Assembly (NCBI GenBank): GCA_965644295.1 | Contig: CBFFRP010000445.1 | Span: 141,845-205,844, forward strand | Reading direction: 5' to 3' | Source of the DNA: Paraphysomonas bandaiensis | Taxonomy: Eukaryota > Protista > Chrysophyceae | Length of the DNA: 64,000 nucleotides | Shown here: piece by piece, positions 11,301-23,879 of the stretch | Layout: the number at the start of each line of letters is the position of its first letter | Numbering within the stretch: position 1 is the stretch's first letter | The notes under the pieces: model-generated | What the model was told of the DNA's origin: nothing | Databases searched by the model: none | What the model saw: only the letters and a program-made list of their open reading frames with translations | Position numbers and translations under genes: made by a program

Positions 11301-11455
11301 TCGCCCTTGCCGGTCTTTGAGACCTGAGCATCGAGCTTAGCGATGAGAGGAGGAAGAACCTTCCAGTCCCCCTTAACAGAAGAGATAAGAGCTGACTCAT
11401 TCTCAGGGCTCAAGGAGAGGTTCTTCATTAGCTGGTTAACGTCAAAAGCGGCCAT
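8345..11455 (-). CDS. eEF3: Translation elongation factor 3 (eEF3, ABCF-related ATPase)
   Basis: HEAT-repeat N-terminus with TFVQSV. EELCNCQFTLAYGTKILL precedes ABC1. Two ABC domains (GGNDSGKTT, LSGGWRMKLA, LDEPTNHLD; GENGAGKST, LSGGQKVKV, LDEPTNYLD), with a chromodomain-like insertion in ABC2 and a Lys-rich tail. Intronless; likely start MAAFDV at 11455. Confidence 0.95.
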   Translation of the reverse strand: MAAFDVNQLMKNLSLSPENESALISSVKGDWKVLPPLIAKLDAQVSKTGKGDVSATVDACGVYTVLANNCMQSAEAHLCASLPVLFKASGCKQGAIRKAAADSVKAITSNACANSVREVLQYCFAAAQIEENWNSRVLALNVIASFGDHAPEQLGNALPQVVPEVTACMTDTKKEVSEAAYAAMSAACDVIGNRDIEHMTSHILKSITNPEEVPEIMHALAGVTFVQSVQSPALAMVVPLLLRGLKSRVTATRRQSAVIIDNMSKLVDDPLDAAPFLPELMPALERSADAMSDPEARAVSERASFQLNRLNDLVKSIVTKGINYDLVLTTLKEKVSGVPAEGEVALKHIASLVCSLMGVKHFDVEQWSDVSSQLAVLIGDSAAAAAVESLIPVCKEMIKIETANDDDDDDAEELCNCQFTLAYGTKILLHNTNMRLKRGAKYGLLGGNDSGKTTLMRSIANGSVEGFPDSSQVRTVFVEADILGELSHLSCVDYIMQDPRLAGLSREEVLATMANVGFTENGKAKPNNPVSSLSGGWRMKLAMARAMLQRADILLLDEPTNHLDVINVAWVKNYINSLTNVTAIMVSHDSGFLNDCCTNILQIDRLKLHQYKGNLDSFIAKNPEAMSYFSLKESKLKFSFPQPGPIEGVKSRSKALMKMSHCDFTYPGNTTPTLFDISVQVSMASRVGCVGENGAGKSTMIKVLTGEVVPQTGEVWKHPNARIAYVAQHAFHHIENHLNKTPNEYIRWRYANGEDKESLVKVSMVLTEEEKKLQSEPFEHSWKDDDGTQRKAMKVVSELVGNRRENKDKKTEYEVKFKGGEEGWVTVEALTRRGWSKGCKAIDARLAQRAGLYVRTLSSANVEKHLGDCGLGAEFATHYRMSALSGGQKVKVVIAAAMWNQPHILILDEPTNYLDRESLGALAKAIEEFEGGVVIISHNNEFVSTLCPEEWVMDAGHLTTKGEVGWMNRQDDKISDTQIITEMTDALGNVSEVKVKKTLSKRDQKAKIKILKKKIKEGEELDTDDEEFAQEHNLYD

Positions 11456-13981
11456 GTTAATATAGCTGTTGTGCTTCTGACTTATGGATGGAGTCACTAC
11501 AAGGGGGCGAATAATATGAAGAACTTCACTGCTCGACGCACTTCATGCGAACGGACACAACCGTATGAATTGAATGGCTCATCGCGTCATGTCCACCAAT
11601 TTCATCAATCCCATGTTCTGTTCCAGTTCTGTGGTCCAATCATATGGTTAACAGCACCAAAGTGCGTTCGTGGTTCGTCACTCCCGGACAAGAATAGTAT
11701 CTTTAAGAGATTATTGGACATCATAAACTGAAAACGATTAATATGATTGGACGGCACTGTTTTGTAGGTGAGTTTTCATCCAATTGTTTGTTTGTTTGTG
11801 CAGGCATGAAAAAAACAAGGTAGTTTTAATATTCATCAATATAGCCAGAGATACTGTGCATCCTGCGTGCACAATAGGAACATGAATCCCTGTTGGCTTC
11901 CTTGCATGTTGCTTCAAGAAAATGGAAAGAAAATACGCAGTCGGTTCTGGTAATGGCGTACGTAGAGTGAGCATATTGCATCTATATTGCAAGGAAGTCT
12001 TCAAGAAAATAATAAGCTCTCAACTATCATATGCACTTGCACATACTCTCTGCTGAAGAAGCCATATTCAACTAAGATTACAACAGTACAGAGAGTTGTG
12101 TATAAGATTTCATTCCAATGTAATAAATGCGTGGGTGATTGTACCAGGAGTATACTGTTTCCAGGTGTATAAACAAACGATCATGATACATTCAACACTA
12201 CCTTACAGCAAATGATAATACAGAAGGAAATGTATCAGACAGTCTGATGTATATTGTTTCGGTCTCTTAAGGGAGTAATTCGAACAAAAGCGAGATATTT
12301 ACACAGGAAGTTCATACAAGACTGTTTTACTTTTAGTTTTGAAGGCCCTATCCCCTTGTTTGGTAGCAATAAAAAGTGATTCACAGCTCATATCGCCAGG
12401 TGGCCATATCTATTTCCACAATGAAAATGGAGAAAAAGATATCGTAAGATATATATAGTAAAATATTTTCAATGAATATGGCGTGCTATACCTTAGAGTC
12501 TATACAAACTATATACGTCATTGAACATATATAGTATATACTACGTACGTAATAGGTAATAGAATGTGTTAATAATTAACATTAGTTCATTTACGCATGT
12601 ATAATGTAAGTGTATCCGCCGGATACAACTTCTGGCTTCTGGGAATACAACAATGCGTTCTATAGGTAAGCTTGATAAGGGTTTTCAATTCTCACATAAA
12701 AAGTAACATTCGAATTCGTGATACTTTCATTAAAAGTATGAGTATATCAACAGGGGTGAAAAGAATGCCACTTAAAACATATTATGTATTATACAGAACA
12801 CATCTAATTTATTTAACAACTCGATCATTCAACTATGCTTATAATTCTCATGTATAGAATTAGACATTAGACATCCTCAACCTCACTCAAAGAAAATGGA
12901 AAAGTGCATGATACCTTTAAGTTTTTTGTATATATCGGTGTTACTGCAAATGATATGGACAATTATCTCTCGATCATATTATCTCCGTCATAACTTCTCT
13001 GTATAAGATAAGAGACGTTTGCATTATTCCTTTGAAATGAAGCAATCCAACACTTACGATGAAAGCATCAGAGCAGTGAAACCAGATAGGCACCTACAAC
13101 CCGGACCTTTCCGTAATGCAAATTAGGTCTACTACAAAAGGCAAAGTTCGCAAGCCCAATTAACGCATTGATTAACATAAAACGGAGTCACGTAAATCAG
13201 TTCTTGTGTCATGCCATAAACGAGAATATAAGTGTCGTCATACAACTCGTCGAAGTCGTCGTACCCCGTATCCACTATACGCAACCTATATCAGTACCTG
13301 GTGCCCGCATGGCCTATACTTCTTTAAGTACGAGCACGACTCCTCTATAGCCAAGAGAGACGATATACTGTAGTTATGTCGGATATACGACCATCGCAGT
13401 CATTGGCATAGACTACTGAGGTTCAGGTAGAGCTTGGCTGCAAGTCACGCGAAGGGGCGTAAACTGACAGTGTAGGGCCTCCTCACTGGCATGATAGACG
13501 CTAACAACCCCATGCAGTATCCTTCTAACTCCCTCAGCACCATCATGAGGTAGCTGGCAGTTAACTTCAGCACAATTGTACAGTGTATTTTGATGTGTAT
13601 TCCTTTCAAATATTCGATTGTTGAAGTTGGACAACGTGCGGTACATCTCACTCCGTTCCTACTCCGTGAAAAATATTGTCCTCATATTTTACAACTTTTT
13701 GATATGTTTTTTCTATAAAAATTTAGGTGTAAAAATGTAACATTTCGGAAAAAAAGTGAAGTGCGGTTTGATGTGCGGACATCATGAAGAGCCTGGAATT
13801 CTATTGGCCTATCAACGATCTTTGATTTTACAGATGCGATGCCTGTGTGTGTGTGTGACTCTTGAAGGCTCTGGATTCGTTATGATGGAATTGCATGACA
13901 TACATTCCAATTAATATCATATGAAGGCTATGCAGCAGATGAAACCATAGTTACTGAGGAGTGATTGATCGTTCGTGTGTT

Positions 13982-15964
13982 ATGCAGTCTGCTAATGCCA
14001 GTTTGGACTGTGATAATGCAGGAAATAAGAACACAAACGGATCAGAAAGAGATCAGAGTGGAAACAGTGAGACGAACAATGGGAAGAACCCTCCGTCTGA
14101 GTCCGTCACGTCCAATGAGACCAGTTTGTCGTCTGTAACGGTCAGTACAGGAGGAGGTCGCAGCTTCTTTCCGGTCGACTCTACTGACGACTGCAACTCA
14201 TTCAACTCATCCAAACAATCAGGCACTATTTCAATTGAAGAAAGCGATGAGAATGCGACGGACTCCACCTATGTGGGTCAGTCTGATATTAGAAAGGATT
14301 CGTCCAGGCGCCCATCACCTGCAGCCTCCAGTGAGCCGGCCTTAACACAGCGCACTCTGACCATGCTTCAGAACTCTTTGTCAGGCCAAACTATGCATTC
14401 CAACTCAAACTATGGCGATTTTCCATACACACACAAAGAAATGCACAGCAATGTGCCGTATGCCACAGATGTTGAGGCACAGTCTCTCAATGCGGCTGTG
14501 CCAATGAAAGTAATGATAATGGGACATTCAACAGTATTGCTAACCCCTGTGTACGAGGTTGACCACGCATCCATATTGCAGATGTGTACGCAGTCAAATT
14601 CTGGTACGCAGAAGCTCCTCGTCAGGTTGCAAACTGACTCTTCGACTACAGTCGCTCCCATTCCCTCGTACACCCCATACCAATTTTCCCCTTCTGTTCC
14701 AACAACTATTATCAACCCGAAACATATATATCGTACCTCAGGGGATTCCTTCAGGATACAGATGTCCGCAGGATCCAAGTCGAAGCCGAACCGAAAATTT
14801 TCTCGAAATGTCCGTGGAGAGACCGATGCTTTGATATTGTGTGAATACGCGCTGATTCTACTAGATAAACCTACCTCGTTCACTGATATTCTCTCGAACG
14901 GTAACTTCAAGTGCTTTTTACAGCGCAAGATTGCTACCTCGGTTGAGCAATTCGGGAACTTGTTACATGAACGCCTACCAGAGTTCGAGAAGCGCGACTT
15001 ACTGAAACAGCAAGAGTACGAAGCCATTGCCTCCCTTCTACAGAGGAGTGTCCCGTATGTATATCTATCCGAGCCACAAGGACCACCCCTGAACCAACAT
15101 CCTGCAGTTGGGGGTTACAAGTCTAATGAAGCAAGGAATGACGCCAGAGGTCGTGTGCTGGGACAGTCGTTACAGCAGCATGGAGGCCAGCATATAAATT
15201 CACACATCTCTCCTCATGCTAGTTTCAGTCATCCGAGTGCACAAAGGCAGGCCCAACAGGTTCTCTCCCAACACCCTCACAGTGCACCGACCAATGCGTA
15301 CGCGCCCTCTGGGCAATTCTTAGCTAATCCGCCTCAGTCTATACCCCAATTCATATATGGGCGTCAGTCTATGCACATGCAGTCACAAGCGTACACGTTA
15401 CCGACACCTGCTAATGTTGGTCGTTCTGGCACTTCTTACCCAGGCTATGGGTTGCCAATCCCCCCGTCGACAGCAGCTATAACAACCAATCTGACTACGA
15501 GTTGGGACACGTTAATGTCTCAGGATGGACAGACTGGTCCATCAAATAAAAGGCGTAGACGCTCGACTCGCGATAATAGTCAGTATTCCAATTCTACTCT
15601 GAATTCGAGTGCAGAGGGCATCGGCCCAGAGAACAACCACGCAACAATTACTCAAGGTCGGAGTTCCCCACAGCAGTCACTAAAAGAGCATTCTTTGATC
15701 CCTTCATTTGTACCGTTTCACGGTGATGCAGGATCCTCAGAGGATTTCTTTTCCTCGTCTTTGGCACTTGCATTGAGGGGTGACTCTGAATATTCCGGTT
15801 CAGTTCTACAGGTGTCGTCTGGAAACCGCAGTAACAAATTGCCTATGCTTCATCCTGCAACCGCCATGAGCAGTGCCCCTAATCCGATGGGTGCGATATT
15901 TAGCATGCATGGAGATGCGTATGACAACTCCATGAGCCATATACCTAACGGTGATGAGATATAA
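13982..15964 (+). CDS. Ser/Gln/Pro-rich protein of unknown function
   Basis: A 660-codon uninterrupted ORF, mostly low complexity, with a central more ordered segment and an NLS-like NKRRRR motif. Confidence 0.7.
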   Translation: MQSANASLDCDNAGNKNTNGSERDQSGNSETNNGKNPPSESVTSNETSLSSVTVSTGGGRSFFPVDSTDDCNSFNSSKQSGTISIEESDENATDSTYVGQSDIRKDSSRRPSPAASSEPALTQRTLTMLQNSLSGQTMHSNSNYGDFPYTHKEMHSNVPYATDVEAQSLNAAVPMKVMIMGHSTVLLTPVYEVDHASILQMCTQSNSGTQKLLVRLQTDSSTTVAPIPSYTPYQFSPSVPTTIINPKHIYRTSGDSFRIQMSAGSKSKPNRKFSRNVRGETDALILCEYALILLDKPTSFTDILSNGNFKCFLQRKIATSVEQFGNLLHERLPEFEKRDLLKQQEYEAIASLLQRSVPYVYLSEPQGPPLNQHPAVGGYKSNEARNDARGRVLGQSLQQHGGQHINSHISPHASFSHPSAQRQAQQVLSQHPHSAPTNAYAPSGQFLANPPQSIPQFIYGRQSMHMQSQAYTLPTPANVGRSGTSYPGYGLPIPPSTAAITTNLTTSWDTLMSQDGQTGPSNKRRRRSTRDNSQYSNSTLNSSAEGIGPENNHATITQGRSSPQQSLKEHSLIPSFVPFHGDAGSSEDFFSSSLALALRGDSEYSGSVLQVSSGNRSNKLPMLHPATAMSSAPNPMGAIFSMHGDAYDNSMSHIPNGDEI

Positions 15965-17224
15965 CACATGCTACCAGACTCCTTGTCGTGGAAAGCCGCG
16001 GCCTTCATATTTTTGCTACATTGGTGTGCTAGAATTTCTCTGGGTCATGAATTTTGTGCTGGGTATAGTAAGCTCATTCCCATTGGTTTCTCCACTGTGA
16101 GTTTATTTCTCTTTTCCGCAACTGTTCCATCGATTGAAACAGTTCCAGTCTAACGTATTATCAGATAACAATTGTATTTAGGATTTGTATGAATTGCAGC
16201 GCAATGGCTTCCTGGATTTCATTTTTTCGCTTGCCTCATGCTAATTCGTGTTCAGTATAGCTCAGTATCACTTTGTTTAAGTAGATTGAGGTGGAGATGT
16301 GCATTACAAAGTGCAACATTTTGGACACGCGATTATATATATATTTCTTCGGTAAAAGTGGTGCTGTTGACGCAGATGATGTGACCACAGACATGAAAAG
16401 ATCATACATTCCACAGTACATGAAAATGTTATAGTTTAAGTTGTAGTGTTTTTAGTAATATATAATAAATGTGAAGTAATATTATTATCCAGTTTACCTT
16501 TCATTGCATTTATTGTACATATAGTTCAACGTAGAATACGTTTCAAGAATATATCTTTTCATGAAATAATGCTATTGACTCTTATCCTTATTAAAATTAA
16601 AAGCTGTAGCTTCTAAGATATTTGAATTATATCCGCTACTCGAAGAATACAGTAGTAGCTAACCGTATTATGAGAACCAAAAATATGATATGATAGCCAT
16701 TGTAGTGATGAAACTGAAATATACTGACTGTACAAGATAGTGACGATGTAAGATCGTACTAGAAATGGTTGGTGTAGTAGAGATAAAAAGAGTTTGTGAA
16801 CGTCAATGAATAAAGATTGGTATCGCTTATAATTTTTATATAATATTCTATATCAGTGTTTATCAAAACCTTATTACTAAGTATGTCAATTTCTAACAAA
16901 CACGTACTTTTTAAAACAATATAAATAGTTCAAACTTCAATACATAGGTGATGTCAGAACATTCATGCATTAATACTCACAATTTTTCTATTGTAATAAC
17001 AGAGATCTGAATTCACTATCTTTCTAAAAAGCAGTAGATAGCCAATTCATAGTTTATATTATATATTCAACTAAAATGAGACGTCGACATTGAACAGTAG
17101 TCAAGACTGCAGCTAATAGTAGCTATACTGATTATAGAGACTAAATATATTACTGCTGATGCAGAAAACGGTATATATGAGAGATCTTGGCAAAAAGCTT
17201 GAATAACGTGGATTTGAGCTTAGT

Positions 17225-17277
17225 AGCATTGGTGCATGTTTTTAAGGCCTATTGCTAAATAATAAGACTTTCAATAT
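17225..17277 (+). mobile_element. Strongly 5'-truncated R1 copy (3' tip only)
   Basis: TTGGTGCATGTTTTTAAGGCCTATTGCTAAATAATAAGACTTTCAATA matches the R1 3' terminus. Confidence 0.6.
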
Positions 17278-18075
17278 ATGAGCTTAGTAAAGTTGCGCCT
17301 CCAATTATTCTGAATAGGGAAAGCATGGGTACGATTGATCTCTTGCCCAAACACAATGTGATTAAGCACATCCGTAGCACCCATTGAATTTTTGTGAGAA
17401 GGTGGGAGATCGTATATTGTCAGGCTGAACAAAAGACAGTAGACAATTCAACGTCTTTATATATAGAAAACTGTAATCCCAGCATATTATATATACTTGT
17501 GATATTATGTCAGGTATGCTGTACTACTATACACTATACTATAATGTTCTATTACTGCGAATGTTGAAACAGGATTAGAACTCTGAGAGAGATACTCTTA
17601 TATATAAACTGGCAACAAAATACAACAACCTAAACCATAAAAAACATACATTACTTATAAGAATCTAAAATAAACGATCTATCTACGCAGCGACTGAAAT
17701 CACTTATCAAAAAGGCACACAGACTACTATATTAAGTTTTTGAAGAGTTGGAAAAACTCTTTCTGTGTATCTTCTCAGTAAGTTACTTCTCAATGTAAAT
17801 GACGCGTTCTAATGCAGGATTCTTGTCGTTCAAACAGAAATTTGGTTCAAGTTGCAAGTAGATGACCTGAAGTGGATAATTGACATAACTAAAAAGTATG
17901 TTAACATTAAAATACATCAACACGCTAGCGTTCTCTAATAAGTACAGCGAAAAATAGATTTTACATCCGCCCAGTTATTTCACCAGGACAGTAATGGTAC
18001 ACTTCTGATGACATGTATGTATCCTTCACAAGATTTTATGTATATTGTATGACGTAATAAGTATTCGTCATAAAC

Positions 18076-21000
18076 TTAATTTCCGAGATAGTCTGGAGAA
18101 AAACCCTCATCGCGAATTACCGCACGGAACGATAGATCTTTCTTCGGTAGTGGGGGTAAGCGTACTGGAAGATTTCCTCTTGTAGGTTGCTTCCGATTTT
18201 CGAGCACAGACTGACTATCTACACTTTCCTGATTGGTCTTGGTTTTCAACTGCGTGTTGTCATGACGATCTGTGCTACCTTTTACACTGCAGTCGTCTAC
18301 ACTACATGACTGCTCCACGATTTCCTTCTCATACTCTGATTCCGCGACCCAAGAACCACTGCGGCGGCGTAGAAGGACTCTCCTCTGTGCGTCCATCACG
18401 ACATTCGCAAGAGACGTGTCCAAGACTGCAATTTGTTCAGCACCACTTTCATTTAACAATTTCTGGGCCCTTCCCTCGTCGCTACCCTTGCGTTGTATAT
18501 ATCCACTAAATCTCTTTCTCGTATTCTGGACGATGGAACCCATAGTGCTGAGACTTCCCCTGTATGTATCTTCGGCAGTAAATTGTCTTGAGCCTTCTAG
18601 ATCCCGCATAGACAAAGTATTGGACACATTCTGTAATTCACTTAAAAATTTCTGTTTCTCTTTTCCCACTAGATAATGCACACTACGTTTCGTGCGATTG
18701 TATACGCTCCTTACGGATTCACCAAATATTGCTCTGCCTGATCGCTTATTGGCAACCCAACGTCTGATATTGCGGCGTAGAAGACGTTTATATTTAAACG
18801 TTGGTACGTCACACATAATGACGATAAACGTTACCAAATCAATGCCCTGACCTGGACAAAAAAATCAAACAACTGGAATATACAATGAAAATAACATACA
18901 ATAGCAGTGGACAATACAATCACTAAAAGTTCCGTTCAAAGCATGCAGACCGACGCAATCTACGCACGGCTAACAATGTACCTCTGTCCGCTTTTCCTAA
19001 CTCCTTCTCCACATCGCAATCCAAAAAAAGGTCTTTAATACACTGAAAGCTGAGCGCTATTTCATTTATCTCTATTGTACCACCACCATCGAGATCCAGA
19101 GAATTAAATACTTCTCGGAAATACTTCACTTGAATATCTGTCAGCTGCAAGCACTTCTGCAGAGTTTTGACTTGGCGATCCAACTTTTTCTCTTTTTCCT
19201 GCATTTCGCGAGCTTGTTCCATAGAAGTTGTCACGACACCGATAAATAGTGTAAGAAGAACCAGAGCACCCAAAACTATAAACACATGAAAGTAGGCTGC
19301 TGCAAGTAGACCGCGTGATTTCGGCTCCCTGCACATATCCGGAAAATCTTCATACACGCCTGCATAGAAAAACGACAACAAATAATGAATATATATATAT
19401 ATATATATTAGGCAAGTGTATTGACGTTGTACTATAGTTCAGTCAGACTTTTAAGGACAACTTATTGACATCCTGCTATATTCTTCGAATACTATTTCAC
19501 AGCCATATAATGCGAATCATCTCACCTGCATAGTTATCGCACCCATATATGTTCACATACATTACTTCACTCCAATCATCCAGAGTACTGCATCTAAAAA
19601 GTGTGAACATGGCAATATGTAAATTTCCAAAGTGGAAAGGGTCGTTTTCCTGGAACAATAGCATGCCCAATATAGCAAAAACATAGAAACATAGAAACAA
19701 AATTAGCCCAATATAGCCGATCGACCCCAGACCCATCAACAGTGCATTCACAATAACTTCTAGTTGCGGAAGGGACTTGACCAGCTTAAGTACCCTCAAC
19801 AATCGTAACAGTCGTAATACAGTTAGCAGCGATCCGGCCCCTGGTAAATAGGCGCCCACGACCACAATGAAATCGAACACATTCCAATTATCTCCAAAGT
19901 ATGTCCATGGGGTCAAGCCTTCACCAAGAAGCTTTAAAGCCACTTCAAAAGTGAAAACAGAGAGTACCAAGCTATCTAACGCATCACTAACTGCAGATAC
20001 TACAGGAATACCTATGATTCGGCGATCTGTTCGTATACCCACATTGATCCCGGCAAGCAAAATGAACAACGTAATCACAGCAACAAACTTGGAATGTTCT
20101 GACATATATTTACAGTATTCCGCAAATATTCTATACTTCTGCGTTAATGTAACGGCACTACCCATACGAATACGGAAATTTTCTGCACTTTTTGGCAAGT
20201 CATGTAGCCCTTCAGGTAATTCGCCCAAAGCCACTCTCAATTTGTAACCTAGCAAACGACTGCGTCGCTGAGACGCGTCATGCTCTAAGTAGTCCAACCC
20301 CTCTTTCAACGCATCCGGCATGAGAAAGGATAACTTCCTGGATGTAAAATTTGGGTTGCGCTTTGATTTACTGGAGAGGGTTGGGTTACCATAACTTCTT
20401 CGTGAGCCCTTCATACTTTTCGTGTTGTAGCTCGAGTCAAAACTACCAATAGCTGCTAATGCATCGTTTCTTTCGGCCACAATATCTTTCGATAAACTAC
20501 TCTGCAGAACGGGTAGCTTCAAGTCATATATATCTAAGACTTGAGATGATTTTTGTGAGTCGACTTGACCCGTTGCAGACTGAACTTGGCTTGCCGAAGA
20601 ACTAATTTCAAAATCAGAAGGCAAATTTCGACGCTTTGTGGATTCTGTTTGGCTATTCACGGGCTCACATTCAGCAATACACGGTTCTTTTGATATGGAG
20701 CATTCATCCGCGCATGCAGCTGAGGGCACATATTCTGCATTGGATGGCTCATTCGGTATCACCATTTCGTCGATTTGAGCTTTTGATGGCTCAACTTCGC
20801 TATTGGACGAGTTTATTGGACCTGGTAAAGATTGCATTCCCGTGATGGGTTCGGGCTCTGCATACACTACGTCTCGTATTTGCCTGATGTATTCTTCAGA
20901 CATGTCAGTATCTAGTGGGTCAGTGTCCACTGCCGTCTGTGCTGTAGCTCGGAGGGACACGTCTGCTTGTGCCGACGGATGGATAGCAGTCTTGGAAAAC

Positions 21001-22778
21001 ACTCCAAACTTGGCCCTTCTCGTAGACACTGTGTAATCTTTCTTCACTTCATTGTATGCTGGTAACTGAATTTCTGGATCACTCTCGCTGCTACTATCTT
21101 CATCTTTACTCAGCACCATTTTACCGTTGCGGTAGTCTTCATGAACTTCCCATATGTTCTCTTGCTGATTCCTGTCGTCGAATTGTGTCGCATCGTTTCG
21201 GCTGCGTACAATGGCCGTCAGAATGTATTCAGGAGCACTTCCTGGTTTCACTGCTTGTTGTTTACCACCTCGACTGCGAAGCTCCAATCTAGTTGAGGCT
21301 AAGAACATATCCTTCACAGACCTAAATTATAATCAAGTGAAGGTCTGCATTTGAGAAACTTGGCGAAAGAAACTGAATTACGTGCGTAAATATATATCAA
21401 AAATTATTCAATCAGAACACAAAACACACAGAAGCACTGTCCGATCCCACCATACCGGTCATATCTCTCTTTACGCCTCCTATCCGCTATGCGTTCATTG
21501 AGGTAGTTAAGCGAGTCAGTCATGCTTACTGTAACAGCTCCGATAACGAGAGACAACATGACCAGGCCGCACACAATTACAAATAGAATAAAGTACATTG
21601 AGGATAGTACAAATTGTTTTTTAGGGGAAGAGCATTTCAGCAACTCAAAAGAGGAAGCCGATTCATTCCCATATATATACGCATACCCATCGCAACCAAA
21701 AGAGTTTAAGTACATGATATCTGACCATGCATCTAAAGTGGAGCACCGGAAAAGGGTCATAAGGGCAATAGGAACAGTTGCAAAGTGGAATGGGTCATTC
21801 TTGCTGAATAAAATCCATCTACGAAACGAAAAATATTAAACATAAAGGGACATGCGTCGATGAATAAGACATGTGGATAATACTACAATGATGTGAACGC
21901 TCACAGTAAATAACGGTCATGTTATAGTGTGACTTACCCACATACCGCAAAGAGGTAGAAAACCAAGAGTAACAAGAGTAGAATGTACCCTGAAATAAAA
22001 ATAAGAATTCTACTGCTACTAGGGTAGAGAGATAGACTGTACTGCACGTTACACATAATACATTTTTTTCACCCAATGCACGACGCTGCATAAGCTATGT
22101 TGAATCGACATACTGTGTGATCTTTACGAACAAAAAATAGTCCACGCATAGCGAAATACCGCAGCATATATCATAGGGCGCGCATTTCATGTATATAATG
22201 CACATTCTACTCCAAATTATGATGTATACAGCACCTATAGATGCGAGTCCACCGGTTAGACCTTGCACTATCATCTGAAGAGCCGGGACTTTCTTGATTA
22301 GCTTTGCCAGTCTCATTAACCTAATTAATCGCAATAGTGCTAGTGAGCCACCACCAAAAAGTCCATCCCAAAAAGGTAGAGATAGAAAAACAATGGCGAA
22401 GTCGAAGTTGTTCCATTTCCATTCTGGTCCTGTTATTCACCAATGAAAATGACGCGGATAATCAATACACACAGCATATGACCTACCCGTGAAATACATG
22501 TACGGTGCCAACCCCTCACTCAATACTTTAACGACTACTTCAAACCCAAATACACAAAGAATGGAATTGTCTATAACGTTTAAAATGTATACGTCATCCA
22601 TCTGTTCATAGCTCTGTATGCCGACAGTGATGCCAGCGATGACTATCACGCCGATAATAAAGTAATTGAACCTCTCGTCCTCCACTAAACAGTGACAATA
22701 AGAGGTCAGATTTAAGTATTTGCGTCTCAGTCCAGTATGAAATAAGGGGTCGTAGTAGTAACCGGGCGGTCGCTTCAT
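18076..22778 (-). CDS. Voltage-gated cation channel with two 6TM repeats and a C-terminal EF-hand (multi-exon)
   Basis: Repeat I: WKWNNFDFAIV, S4 LRLIRLMRLAKLIKK, pore TLFRCSTLDAWSDIMY. Repeat II: DNWNVFDFIVV, S4 LRLLRLLRVLKLVK, pore TLFRCSTLDDWSEVMY. A ~400-aa low-complexity linker separates them. EF-hand DLDGGGTIEINE. The 5' start is uncertain (possibly up to ~22930). Confidence 0.85.
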
Positions 22779-23879
22779 AATACCGATACGATTATACAGT
22801 AACAGACGGATGAAGGTGCTCTATGACTGACTAGCCGCTATAGGGCGCACACTACATTCACATTGTAAAGTTAATAGCATGTGTATCGTTGACAATCTAG
22901 TCACGGTGATGTTGCTGTGCGTGTCCATGTAACTGGGCTCGAGTGCTGTCTGTCTGTGTGTCTGTCTCCAGGTGCTCTACACTCACTAGTGAAGTACAGC
23001 ACTACGACAAATACAGTGCAGTATACACAACACACTACACTGGTATGAATGAAACTGAAACCCAGGAATAAGTAGCGAATCATATATCTCTATTCACTTT
23101 TGATTTGTTGATATTATTGCTGGAATGGAGTGTGGAATGCTGATGGCTTAGCTAGAATACGAGGAGAGTTCCCTGAAGGAATGAGTAATTATATTAACGC
23201 ACGGCATCAACAAGGTACTGTGTAGACCCCATTAACATATGCGCTGTTGACTGCTCCATTTCTTTCTGACCATTCCGAGTGGTGGACGTATGCCATTTCC
23301 TTGAGAGCTGGATCTCACAGACAGAGGAGATGTTATGGCAACTCTTCACGAGAATTTTCTGCTTTATTGCTTGATCTAAGTGTACAAGAACCAATCGCGT
23401 AACTGATATCTATTGGTAATTGTACCCTTGTTTCTATCTAGAAATCTCGTATATGTTATGTGTGTTACATTTCACAGAAAGTCCTAAACGTTGGACATGA
23501 TGAGTCACAGATGTAACGTACAGTATGAATATTGGTTGTGCGTAAAGTAATAGTGAGTAGATATGCTTTGTATTCAGCTGCGGGAGCGATATATTGCAGA
23601 TATAGCACAGAATGGGAAACCTCCCACATTTTTGACACATATTAAACGTAAGTGTAAGAAGTATGTAAATATTAGATATGATGTTTGATATCATTGAAGT
23701 CGTAATACATGTTGTCTATTGAAGTGGACTTATTGGGGTCAAGGAGTTTAAAAAATCTTCTGACTGCCAAACTGTATTTCTGTGCAAAGTGTGCAAATAT
23801 AGTTTGCACAACGACCGATACCCATTATTCCTAGGTTAAATTGTAGCTTTCCCTCATATAGTTGAAAACATATAATAGT

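Noticed and set aside
13060-13650. GC-richer coding-like stretch upstream of the orphan ORF
   Set aside because: All frames are interrupted by stops and no motif or consistent splice model was found.
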